From Planctomycetota bacterium (lineage in GTDB: Bacteria; Planctomycetota; Planctomycetia; Gemmatales; Gemmataceae), in assembly GCA_021324515.1 (NCBI GenBank), contig JAJPIY010000079.1, forward strand, positions 10 to 64,009: a stretch of DNA of 64,000 nt. Reading direction: 5' to 3'. The notes beneath the pieces were generated by a model. It was not told the origin of the DNA. It did no database searches and was given only the letters and a program-made list of their open reading frames with translations. Each line of letters begins with the position of its first letter. Positions within the stretch are counted from its first letter, which is position 1. The position numbers and the translations under genes were made by a program. Shown here in pieces: positions 42,456-51,291 of this stretch.

Positions 42456-43484
42456 ATGAGCACCAAGCCGTTGTCAGTTCCCTCTTCGTCTTCTTTGCTC
42501 GTCCGTGCCGCGCGGGGTGAAGTGGTGGAAAGGCCGCCGGTCTGGGCCATGCGGCAGGCAGGGCGCTGGGATCCGGAGTTCAACCGCCTTCGCAAGGGCC
42601 TGTCGTTCTACGAATTTTCGGAGAACGTCGAATTGAGCGCCCAAGCATCGCTCTTGCCGCGGCGTTTTGGTGTCGATGGCATCATTCTCTTTTACGACAT
42701 CACCACGTTGCCGGTGGCGATGGGGCAGCGTTTCGTCTTATGGCCGGCGCGCGGGCCCGTGCCGGATCATCCCATCCGGACGCTCGCGGATGTGGAGCGT
42801 CTCGAAGCAACCCCCGACCCGCAGCGTTTCCAACACATCCGCGATCTGCTGCGTCTGGTGCGCGAGGAGCTGCGCGGGGAGTTGCCGGTGTTGGTTTTTG
42901 CCGGGGCGCCGTTCACCGTAGCGACGTACTGTATCAACACCGGCAAGGACATCGCCGCCACGCGCCGCTTTGCCGCTGAACAGCCGCACGTTTGGTATGC
43001 TCTGCTCGATCGGCTGACGAGTGCGACGGTTCACTTCTTACGAACCCTGATCGCCGAGAAGGCGGATGTGTACCAACTCTTCGATTCCTGGGCGGGACTT
43101 CTGGAGCGTCCTGAGTACGAAGCCTGGGCGCAGCCTTATCAGGAGATGATCTTCCGCGAAGCAGCGGGCATACCGCGCATCTTGTTCGTCAAGGAGTGCC
43201 CTTATCTACCTTTGATGGCGGCATCGGGCGCCGATGTGATTTCGCTGGGGGTACGCCACGATCTGGCGGCGGCGCGGCGTGATTATCCGCACCTGGTTTT
43301 TCAAGGCAATGTTCCTTCAGCGATCTTGCGCTCAGGCACACCGGAGCAAGTGAAGGCGGCAACGCGCGCTTGCCTCGCTGCGGGCGGCGGACGGCAGCAC
43401 ATCGTCAACCTCAATCACGGCGTGGATCAACGAACGCCCCTCGCTAACTTCGAGGCGTTCGTACATGCGGTGCGGGGGGATTGA
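42456..43484 (+). CDS. hemE: Uroporphyrinogen decarboxylase
   Basis: It has RPPVWAMRQAGRWDPEF, plus the FDSWAG and NLNHG blocks. The ATG at 42456 lies within ORF 42339..43484. Confidence 0.9.
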   Translation: MSTKPLSVPSSSSLLVRAARGEVVERPPVWAMRQAGRWDPEFNRLRKGLSFYEFSENVELSAQASLLPRRFGVDGIILFYDITTLPVAMGQRFVLWPARGPVPDHPIRTLADVERLEATPDPQRFQHIRDLLRLVREELRGELPVLVFAGAPFTVATYCINTGKDIAATRRFAAEQPHVWYALLDRLTSATVHFLRTLIAEKADVYQLFDSWAGLLERPEYEAWAQPYQEMIFREAAGIPRILFVKECPYLPLMAASGADVISLGVRHDLAAARRDYPHLVFQGNVPSAILRSGTPEQVKAATRACLAAGGGRQHIVNLNHGVDQRTPLANFEAFVHAVRGD

Positions 43485-43540
43485 GCAAGGGCCTGAGCCG
43501 AGTAGTACGAGATTGAAACCTTCGCCCCTTCGGCGAGATG

Positions 43541-43594
43541 GCGAGCCGCCGAGTTTAACCCGGCGGCTCCTGAGCAGGTTGGTGCCCCCCTGGC
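43541..43594. repeat. Direct repeat copy downstream of hemE, overlapping the nuoN 3' end
   Basis: gcgagccgccgagtttaacccggcggctcc ... ggtgcccccctggcg. See 42352-42400. Confidence 0.75.
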
Positions 43595-45285
43595 GCTGTT
43601 TCCGCCCCGTGCGGCACGGCGGTTTGCACTGCCTGCAGAAGCGGCGCGGGCCGCACGCCGATGCCCAGGGTCAGCACCGCGCACAGCCACACGGCTGCCA
43701 GCACAGGCCAAGATCGCTCGCGTTTGACGGCGGCCGAGATGCCCGGCGGCGGTTCACGCAGGTACATTCCGGCGGCAATGCGCAGGTAATACCACGCGCC
43801 GATGGCCGCGTTGATGGCCGCCAACACCGCCAAGGCGATGAACAGTTTGCGCTGCTCCAGCGATGCCGCTACCTCTATATTTGCTGGCACGTCCAGCGCC
43901 CCGGCGAACAGCAGAAATTTGCCCATGAAGCCAGCCGTCGCCGGAATACCGATGAGGCTGAACAGGAACAATACCATCAACAAGGCCATCCCCGGCCGGG
44001 TACGGCTGAGGCCAGCAAGGTCGTCGATCGTTTCCGCCGGCTGGCCGCTTGTGCCCAGATACTCCAGCACGGCGAAAGCGCCCAGCGTCATGGCGCCATA
44101 GGCCGCCAGGTAGAAAAACACGGCATCGACGCCGTCTACGAGGGCGTCAGGCGCGCTAAGCAACCGAGGCGCTACAGCCAGGCCAATGAGCATGTAACCC
44201 GCATGGGCGACGCTGGAATAGGCCAAAAGCCGCCGCAGATTGTCTTGCAACAGCCCCAGGACGTTGCCCACCGTCATGGTCACGGCGGCCATGATCCACA
44301 GGAGCACCGGCAGATGCTCGCTCAGGATGGGTAAGGCCAATGGGGCCGTGAACGCTTCCTGAGGCGACAGCGTTGGCAGCACAAAGCCGAGCACGCGGAC
44401 CAGGGCAGCGAATCCGGCCACCTTGGGCACGAAAGCCAAGACGGCGGCGTTGGCCGTGGTTGTGCCCTGGTAGACGTCAGGGGCGTAGAAGTGAAAAGGG
44501 AACACCGTCAAGCGGAAACCAAGTCCGGCCACCACCATGACCAGGGCCGCCATGCTCAAGCCCAAAAGCGGCGACACGGCCGCCCATTCTTCCGGCGCGC
44601 CGGCCTGGCTAGCGCGCCGGAATGCCTCGGCCAATCCCGGCAAATTGGTTGTGCCGGCCAAGCCGTACAGGTAGCTGGACCCAAACAGCGTCAAGGCCGA
44701 GGAAAACACGCTCAGAAAGAAGTACTTCATGGCGGCTTCCTGGGCGGGTGCGTCGAGTCCGCCGTCCTCTCCCCCCCCCCTCGTTTCCGAGGAGGGCGAG
44801 GAGGAGCGGCCCTTGCCCAAATAGAGGATTAGGTAGGTCGGTATACTCGTCAATTCCAAGGCCAAAAACAGCGTGACCAACTCGTTGGCCGCTCCGCTCA
44901 AGCCCATGCCCACGACCATGAGCAACAAACAAGCGTGATAGTCAGCAGCACGCTTTTCCGGGGCAGCATTCCAGCAAAACAAGACGAGAATGATGCCGCC
45001 GACAATCGAGAAGGCCCGGAGCAAGAGCGCCAAGGAATCGAATACCACTGGAGCGGCGTAGCGCACCGTCTGAGCCGCCTGGAGCGTCCCATAATGTGGC
45101 AACGGTCTGAGCATCAGCACCAGGCCTGCTGCAAACAGCGCCGCCAAGGCCACACTCCCCCACAGATGACGATTGGCGCGCAGTGTGCCACCGAGGAACA
45201 GCACACACGCCGCCGCGCCCAGGATCATCTCCGGGACAAGATAAGGAACAAAGCCCGTTAAGGCCCTAAAGAGATCGCCATTCAC
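43555..45285 (-). CDS. nuoN: NADH-quinone oxidoreductase subunit N
   Basis: It is a polytopic antiporter-like protein (EAAMKYFFLSVFSSALTLFG, AGFMGKF). The start is GTG at 45285, after a GGAGAAAGGAAA RBS and 1 nt past the nuoM stop. The ORF track extends to 45450. Confidence 0.85.
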   Translation of the reverse strand: MNGDLFRALTGFVPYLVPEMILGAAACVLFLGGTLRANRHLWGSVALAALFAAGLVLMLRPLPHYGTLQAAQTVRYAAPVVFDSLALLLRAFSIVGGIILVLFCWNAAPEKRAADYHACLLLMVVGMGLSGAANELVTLFLALELTSIPTYLILYLGKGRSSSPSSETRGGGEDGGLDAPAQEAAMKYFFLSVFSSALTLFGSSYLYGLAGTTNLPGLAEAFRRASQAGAPEEWAAVSPLLGLSMAALVMVVAGLGFRLTVFPFHFYAPDVYQGTTTANAAVLAFVPKVAGFAALVRVLGFVLPTLSPQEAFTAPLALPILSEHLPVLLWIMAAVTMTVGNVLGLLQDNLRRLLAYSSVAHAGYMLIGLAVAPRLLSAPDALVDGVDAVFFYLAAYGAMTLGAFAVLEYLGTSGQPAETIDDLAGLSRTRPGMALLMVLFLFSLIGIPATAGFMGKFLLFAGALDVPANIEVAASLEQRKLFIALAVLAAINAAIGAWYYLRIAAGMYLREPPPGISAAVKRERSWPVLAAVWLCAVLTLGIGVRPAPLLQAVQTAVPHGAETAPGGHQPAQEPPG

Positions 45286-45286
45286 G

Positions 45287-47110
45287 TTATTTCCTTTCTC
45301 CCCCTTTTGCCGCCAGCGATAGGCCGTTTCGTGCGAAACGATGAATCGTGCTCGTCTGCAACTCGTGGCCGAACGCGTCCTTCTCAGCGCGTTTACGTGC
45401 GGCCTCGGCGATGCGGGCCACCACCTGGATTTCCGGCCGCACCGTATCAAAGAAGGGTTTGGGGAAAATGCCCAGGGCCAGGCATAAGCCCGCGATCGGC
45501 AAAAGCGCCGCCAACTCGCGGCCGTTGAGGTCGGTGATCGGTTCGTGCCCTTGGTGAGGTGGTTCCTTGAGCGGGCCGCAGAACACCTGACGCACCATCG
45601 TCAGCATGTACCAGGCGCCCAGCACCACGCCGCTCGCCCCCAAACCAGCCAACAGCGAGCCTTGCACCTGCGAGCCAGCGAAGTCGTACATGCCGGCCAG
45701 GGCCAGCAATTCGCCCAGGAAACCGTTCAGCCCCGGCAGGCCGATGCTCGATAATGTGATGAACACCATGAACACTGCCAAGAGATGCAGGCGCGCACCC
45801 ATGCCACCATAATCAGCCATCTTCCGCGTATGATAGCGCTCATACAACATACCCACCAACAAAAACAGGGCGCCCGTGGACAGACCGTGATTTATCATCT
45901 GGAGGAGGCTGCCGGTCAGGCCGACCTCATTGAGGGCGAACAAGCCGAGCATACACAGGCCGAGATGGCTGACGCTGGAATAGGCGACCAGTTTTTTGAT
46001 GTCGTCCTGACCCAAGGAACAAAAGGCGCCATAGATGATGCCGACGACGGCGAGGGTGCCCAGGACAGGCACGCCGAAACGCAAACTGGCATCGGGTGCG
46101 AGCGGCACACTCAGGCGCAGGAAGCCGTAGGTGCCGAGCTTGAGGAGGATGCCGGCCAAGAGGACACTGCCAGCCGTCGGCGCTTCGACGTGGGCCAACG
46201 GCAGCCAGGTATGCAGCGGTACCATCGGCACCTTGACGGCGAAGCCGCACATCATGGCCACGAACACCCACAATTGTACATGCCGCCAATAATTGAGCTG
46301 CGCACGCGCTTGTTGGAGGTTCGCCTCCATATCTGCGGGAGCTTGCTCAAGCTGCTTCACTTCCTGGAACAACTCTCGATTGAGCGTACCGACTCGGGCG
46401 ATCAATTCCGGGATGGCGAAGGTCAGTCGATGGCTTTGGCCGGGATCGTGGTCGGCCTCAACCTGCGGCAACACCAAGACCAAACCGATGACGCCCAGGA
46501 GGGTGAGGAGACTGCCGGCTAGAGTATAAATAAAGAACTTGCGGGCGGCATATTGTCGTTGCGGGCCGCCCCAAATGCCAATCACGAAAAACAACGGCAC
46601 CAGCGTCAATTCAAAGAACACATAAAACAGAATGACATCGAACGATGCGAATACACCGGTCATGCCTAACTGCAAGACGAACAGCCAAGCATGAAATTCA
46701 TGAACGCGCTGAGTGATCGCTGTCCACGATACCAACACGCATGTCAACATCAACACAGCTGTCAACAGAATGAGCCAGATGTTCAGCCCATCAATGCCGA
46801 CATAAAATTGAATAGCACTGTCAACAGTGCCGTCGGCTGTAGTATGCAACGGCAGCAAGTTTTCACGTGTCTTATATTTGATCCAATCGGAATCAAAGGT
46901 CAGCGTACCCTTGGTGATATCGACCGCAGGCGCTTCCCAGGTGCGCGCGATGGCGAACGAAATACTGATGACCGTGGCCAAAAGGAGGCTGGCGAGTGCG
47001 CTGAAAAGGCTGACCCAGCGCACAGCCAGGGTGCGGCCAGGACCGAGCAAGGCGACAAGAAGGGCCGTCGCCAATGGCAGCGCCAACAGTAGAAGCAACA
47101 GTTGCGGCAT
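45287..47110 (-). CDS. nuoM: NADH-quinone oxidoreductase subunit M
   Basis: It has HTWLPLAHVEAPTAGSVLLAGILLKLGTYG and VAYSSVSHLG. At 607 aa it is longer than usual. Confidence 0.9.
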   Translation of the reverse strand: MPQLLLLLLALPLATALLVALLGPGRTLAVRWVSLFSALASLLLATVISISFAIARTWEAPAVDITKGTLTFDSDWIKYKTRENLLPLHTTADGTVDSAIQFYVGIDGLNIWLILLTAVLMLTCVLVSWTAITQRVHEFHAWLFVLQLGMTGVFASFDVILFYVFFELTLVPLFFVIGIWGGPQRQYAARKFFIYTLAGSLLTLLGVIGLVLVLPQVEADHDPGQSHRLTFAIPELIARVGTLNRELFQEVKQLEQAPADMEANLQQARAQLNYWRHVQLWVFVAMMCGFAVKVPMVPLHTWLPLAHVEAPTAGSVLLAGILLKLGTYGFLRLSVPLAPDASLRFGVPVLGTLAVVGIIYGAFCSLGQDDIKKLVAYSSVSHLGLCMLGLFALNEVGLTGSLLQMINHGLSTGALFLLVGMLYERYHTRKMADYGGMGARLHLLAVFMVFITLSSIGLPGLNGFLGELLALAGMYDFAGSQVQGSLLAGLGASGVVLGAWYMLTMVRQVFCGPLKEPPHQGHEPITDLNGRELAALLPIAGLCLALGIFPKPFFDTVRPEIQVVARIAEAARKRAEKDAFGHELQTSTIHRFARNGLSLAAKGGERK

Positions 47111-47125
47111 AGGGACCTCAGTCTA

Positions 47126-49153
47126 TTACAATTTCAACAACAAGGCGATCAAAAATACGGTAAGGCCCAACACCATCGCCAGGGCATAGAATTGTACCAG
47201 GCCGTTTTGCACGGGGCGAAAACGAAGACCCAACCAGCGGAACAGTTGACCGGTCAGATCTACCAAACTATCCAATACATACAGATCAAATATGCGTATG
47301 AAGGTGGTGAATCCAGCCAGCGGTGCGAGGAGGAACGCCTCGTACAATTCATCGATGTGAAACTTGTTCAGCGATAGCTGATATAATCCTTGCGCCGACT
47401 TCGCCAAGCGCGCGGGCAAGTCCGGCTGGCGGACATACATCCACCAAGCCGTGGCGATGCCGGCCAAGGCGACAAGCGAGCTGATGACCATCATGAAATA
47501 ATTCGGTACTTCTGCTTCATACTCCGGAAGGTCAGGCGTGTGGGCAACAAAATGGCCGAATAGATGCGTCGGTCCCAGCACTAAGCCAACACCGACGGCG
47601 AAGACGGCGAGGACCATAAGAGGGACCGTCATCACCGGCGGTGATTCCAGGCGCGGAGTTCCGCCGTGTGCGGCATGGCCGTGAGGATGCTCGAACGCTT
47701 CTTGCGGAATGCGCTCTTCGCCCCAAAACGTCATGAAATAAGCGCGGAAAGTGTAAAAAGCGGTCAGGCCAGCCGTAAGGAGGCCGACAAGCCAGAGGAC
47801 CAGATACCAGCCGCGATATTGTTCGGCATGGAGGCCGGCGGTCCAGGCGGCATCGAGAATTTCGTCCTTGCTCCAAAAACCCGACAACAACGGAAAACCG
47901 GCCAGGGCTGCCCCGCCGCACAAAAACGTCCAGTGCGTCTGTGGCAAGACCTTGCGCAATCCACCGAAGCGCCGCATGTCGATGACGTTGCCCATCGCAT
48001 GCATGACACTACCAGCACTAAGGAACAACAGTGCTTTGAAGAACGCATGGGTAAACAGATGGAACAGCGCCGCCAATACGGCGAAGGTCACAAATGCTTC
48101 ACTCCCTGAACGGACGCCGCTGCCCAGGGCTAGGAACATATAACCGAGTTGACTGATGGTCGAATAGGCTAGCACCCGCTTAAGATCGTTTTGCGTCAGG
48201 GCGATAAGCGCCGTTAGGAGAGCGCTAAGGGCGCCGAGCGAGGCCACAATGACCTGGGCGTCTGGGGCGAGCGCGAACAGTGGCGTGCAACGGGCCACAA
48301 GATAGACGCCGGCCGTCACCATCGTGGCTGCATGGATAAGGGCGCTGACCGGGGTCGGACCTTCCATCGCATCGGGCAGCCAGACATGCAAGGGAAATTG
48401 CGCCGACTTGCCGACAGCGCCGCACAACAGTAAGAGACAGGCCGTTGTCAGCAGTCCATAATCAAGCGTGCCCGCCTTATGCGCGCTTTGGACATTGTCG
48501 AAGATGTGTTGGTAATCCAGGTAATGGCCAAAACGCGACCATAACAACAGAATACCCAGCAGTAGACCCATATCGCCGATGCGCGTGACGAGGAACGCCT
48601 TGCGTGCGGCGGCAGCAGCCGCGGGTTTCGTGAACCAGAAACCAATAAGCAGATAACTACACAGGCCCACACCTTCCCATCCTAGATAGAGCAGGACGAA
48701 ATTGTCCGCTAAAACAAGGGTCGTCATCATGAAGAGAAACAGCGACACCTCGGCGAAAAAGCGCGCATAACCCTCGTCATCGTGCATATAGCCGACGGAG
48801 TAGATGGCGATAAGTGTGCCAACGAACGTCACCACGAGGACCATCATGGCGCTCAGGGCATCGGCGTTAAGCCCAAAGCCCACTTCGATGCCGCGGCCGG
48901 CGCCGGGATCGCCGACCCTGATCCACTCGTAGTAGACGCGGACCTGCTGCGGCTGCGAATGCTCCGACGCGGCGATGTCCTGATATACGGCAAGGCAAGT
49001 CAGGACAGCGACGACACAAGCACCAGCGCCGGCGAGGATGCATGGCCAATGGCTGTGGCGGCGCAGCAGGCGCGGGCCGAACACGCCGGTAATAGCGGCA
49101 GCGGTCAACGGCAACGCCGGGATCAGCCACAGATAAGGTCGCACGTCAGACAT
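47126..49153 (-). CDS. nuoL: NADH-quinone oxidoreductase subunit L
   Basis: It has HVWLPDAMEGPTPVSALIHAATMVTAGV, LAYSTISQLGYM and a C-terminal lateral-helix region. 675 aa. Confidence 0.95.
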   Translation of the reverse strand: MSDVRPYLWLIPALPLTAAAITGVFGPRLLRRHSHWPCILAGAGACVVAVLTCLAVYQDIAASEHSQPQQVRVYYEWIRVGDPGAGRGIEVGFGLNADALSAMMVLVVTFVGTLIAIYSVGYMHDDEGYARFFAEVSLFLFMMTTLVLADNFVLLYLGWEGVGLCSYLLIGFWFTKPAAAAAARKAFLVTRIGDMGLLLGILLLWSRFGHYLDYQHIFDNVQSAHKAGTLDYGLLTTACLLLLCGAVGKSAQFPLHVWLPDAMEGPTPVSALIHAATMVTAGVYLVARCTPLFALAPDAQVIVASLGALSALLTALIALTQNDLKRVLAYSTISQLGYMFLALGSGVRSGSEAFVTFAVLAALFHLFTHAFFKALLFLSAGSVMHAMGNVIDMRRFGGLRKVLPQTHWTFLCGGAALAGFPLLSGFWSKDEILDAAWTAGLHAEQYRGWYLVLWLVGLLTAGLTAFYTFRAYFMTFWGEERIPQEAFEHPHGHAAHGGTPRLESPPVMTVPLMVLAVFAVGVGLVLGPTHLFGHFVAHTPDLPEYEAEVPNYFMMVISSLVALAGIATAWWMYVRQPDLPARLAKSAQGLYQLSLNKFHIDELYEAFLLAPLAGFTTFIRIFDLYVLDSLVDLTGQLFRWLGLRFRPVQNGLVQFYALAMVLGLTVFLIALLLKL

Positions 49154-49574
49154 GGCTCTCCTCGGGACGATGTTCCGGTTCGACGCCAGCCGGCGTCAGG
49201 TGTGGCAAAGGCGGCTCGCGCGGCGTCGGCGGCAACGGCTCTACGTCTTCGGTCGGCCCTTCGCCCGGCTCACGCAACTCTTGCCATTTGCTTACGTCCA
49301 GCGAATGGCGCCGTCGATAGAGCATCAAGATCAGGGCCAAGGCGATGGCCGCCTCACACGCCGCCACGGCGACAAGGAACAAGATGAACGCTTGCCCCTG
49401 CAAATTGCCACGGTAACGCGCAAAGGCCGCCAGGTTGACCGATACACCCTGCAACATCATTTCTACACATAAAAACATGATAATTAAATTGCGACGTGCC
49501 AAGAAACCGATCAACCCCAGGGCGAATAGAACAGCGCCGACAACCAGATAGTGATGCAGCGGCAATGCGGTCAT
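49146..49574 (-). CDS. nuoK: NADH-quinone oxidoreductase subunit K, with a proline-rich C-terminal extension
   Basis: It has HYLVVGAVLFALGLIGFLARRNLIIMFLCVEMMLQGVSVN. It is either ATG 49574 or GTG 49592 (overlapping the nuoJ stop). It overlaps the nuoL start by 8 nt. Confidence 0.85.
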   Translation of the reverse strand: MTALPLHHYLVVGAVLFALGLIGFLARRNLIIMFLCVEMMLQGVSVNLAAFARYRGNLQGQAFILFLVAVAACEAAIALALILMLYRRRHSLDVSKWQELREPGEGPTEDVEPLPPTPREPPLPHLTPAGVEPEHRPEESHV

Positions 49575-49588
49575 GGGTTTCCTCAATT

Positions 49589-50671
49589 TCACGAACGACG
49601 GAAGGCAATGGCGATGGCCCCGACCGTGGCGGTCAACAACAATAAACCGGCCAATTCGACAGGCAGCAGAAAATCGCTGAACAGCGCCCGACCGAGATAG
49701 GCGGCGTTGTCAGCCGGCATACGCGGCCGCTTTTGTTCGTCGCGGCGAAGGTTTTCGAATGCTGCCGTCGGTGAGGGGCCGCTCAAATTGGAAAACGGTG
49801 CATCCACTGCCGTCGGCAGCCAACCGAGACGATGTTGCGCACTCTCGCCGAGGGCGACCAATTCCTTCAATTGCTCGCGCGATTTTGCCACAGCGTCGGG
49901 GGCATTGCGATCGATATTGGACCAGGCAATGGCCGCCTGCTCCGATCTCTGATGGAGATCTTTCCATGCGCGGAGCAGTTTGTTGAATTGATTGAACAGC
50001 TCTTCATCATCTCCTGGTTTGCCGATTTTTTCCTCCATGTCGGCGCGGCTGTCCTGTGCTGCGGTTTCCTGCGCTCGTGCAAGAAGCTTATCAATCTCGC
50101 GCATATTTTCCGTGCTGCGAGAGGCGTAGTACTGCAACACAAACAGTAGGGCGCCAAGCAATAGGAAACCGGCAAGTGTCGTCAGCAGCGGCTCACGCGA
50201 ACGGTCGTCCGCATCGGATAAGCCGCTATGCGCGGCTAACATGATGACAAACAAAAAGGTAACGATGATGGCGCCGGCGTAAACGATAAGGGTCGCCGCC
50301 ATCAGGAATGGCGCCGCCAACAACAGAAACAATCCACAGGTACACAGCACAACCATGGCGAATGCCAAGGCCGCACGGGCCGGATTGTGCTGCGTTACCA
50401 ATATAGCGCCCGCAACGATCGCCAAGGCTGAGAAAAACCAAAACAAGATCGTTTCCGGTGAAAAAACGCTGCTGGGCGTCAGCAGCACCCCAGCTACTAC
50501 CAACGCCGCCAAACCGAGGACCGCCCCCCACAGCACAGGATAAGGTCGCGGCCGCGGCAAAAGCATATAGATAGCAGCAGCGCCAGCCAATAACGGCAGC
50601 CCAAGCACCCACCCCTCGGCGGCAGGCCCGGTCGCAGCGCTGAACAGACAATACGCCATCTTGGTCCCCAT
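49589..50671 (-). CDS. nuoJ: NADH-quinone oxidoreductase subunit J, with a ~140-aa hydrophilic insertion
   Basis: It has NPARAALAFAMVV and the C-terminal LGRALFSDFLLPVELAGLLLLTATVGA. The ATG at 50671 shares one base with the nuoI TGA. Confidence 0.85.
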   Translation of the reverse strand: MGTKMAYCLFSAATGPAAEGWVLGLPLLAGAAAIYMLLPRPRPYPVLWGAVLGLAALVVAGVLLTPSSVFSPETILFWFFSALAIVAGAILVTQHNPARAALAFAMVVLCTCGLFLLLAAPFLMAATLIVYAGAIIVTFLFVIMLAAHSGLSDADDRSREPLLTTLAGFLLLGALLFVLQYYASRSTENMREIDKLLARAQETAAQDSRADMEEKIGKPGDDEELFNQFNKLLRAWKDLHQRSEQAAIAWSNIDRNAPDAVAKSREQLKELVALGESAQHRLGWLPTAVDAPFSNLSGPSPTAAFENLRRDEQKRPRMPADNAAYLGRALFSDFLLPVELAGLLLLTATVGAIAIAFRRS

Positions 50672-51273
50672 CAACTCTGGGCCGACGATGAATTGGTCAA
50701 GCCAACGTCCACAGGCAATTCCGAAGCGACGCTGAGCCGTCCCGCGCGCGTACGGATCGGGTCCGTGCCTGCTTTCACCGTCTCATCAAACACACTGAGC
50801 AGTTTTTCCTTATCGAACATTAGTTCCTCACGGCTCAGGCCGGTCAGGTCGTACAGCGTCGTCAGCTCAATGGCATCGACCGGACACGCCTGCTCGCACA
50901 TGCCGCAGTAGATGCAGCGCAATTCATCGATGACGAATGTCTCGGGATATTTCTCTCGATCCGGCCAGGGCGACGGCGCTGCAACAATATCAATACAATG
51001 GGCGGGGCAAGCTGTCGAACACATATAACAAGCGACACACTTGACGCGGCCTTGTTCATCCCGATTAAGGCGATGCACGCCGCGATAATTGGGCGGCAGC
51101 TTCGGTTCAACCTCTGGATATTGCTGAGTGACGGCGCCGTCACCGAACAGGGTTTTCGCAGTGTGCCGAACCGTTGTTTGCAAACCCTCGAAAATGGCTG
51201 GCAAATACAACTGTTCCATTAAGCCGATCTTCGGCGCCGTCACCCATTTCACATCACTGTCGGCAATAGGCAT
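50671..51273 (-). CDS. nuoI: NADH-quinone oxidoreductase subunit I
   Basis: It has two 4Fe-4S motifs, CVACYMCSTACP and CIYCGMCEQACP. Confidence 0.95.
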   Translation of the reverse strand: MPIADSDVKWVTAPKIGLMEQLYLPAIFEGLQTTVRHTAKTLFGDGAVTQQYPEVEPKLPPNYRGVHRLNRDEQGRVKCVACYMCSTACPAHCIDIVAAPSPWPDREKYPETFVIDELRCIYCGMCEQACPVDAIELTTLYDLTGLSREELMFDKEKLLSVFDETVKAGTDPIRTRAGRLSVASELPVDVGLTNSSSAQS

Positions 51274-51291
51274 GATATTTCCTTTCTCTAT

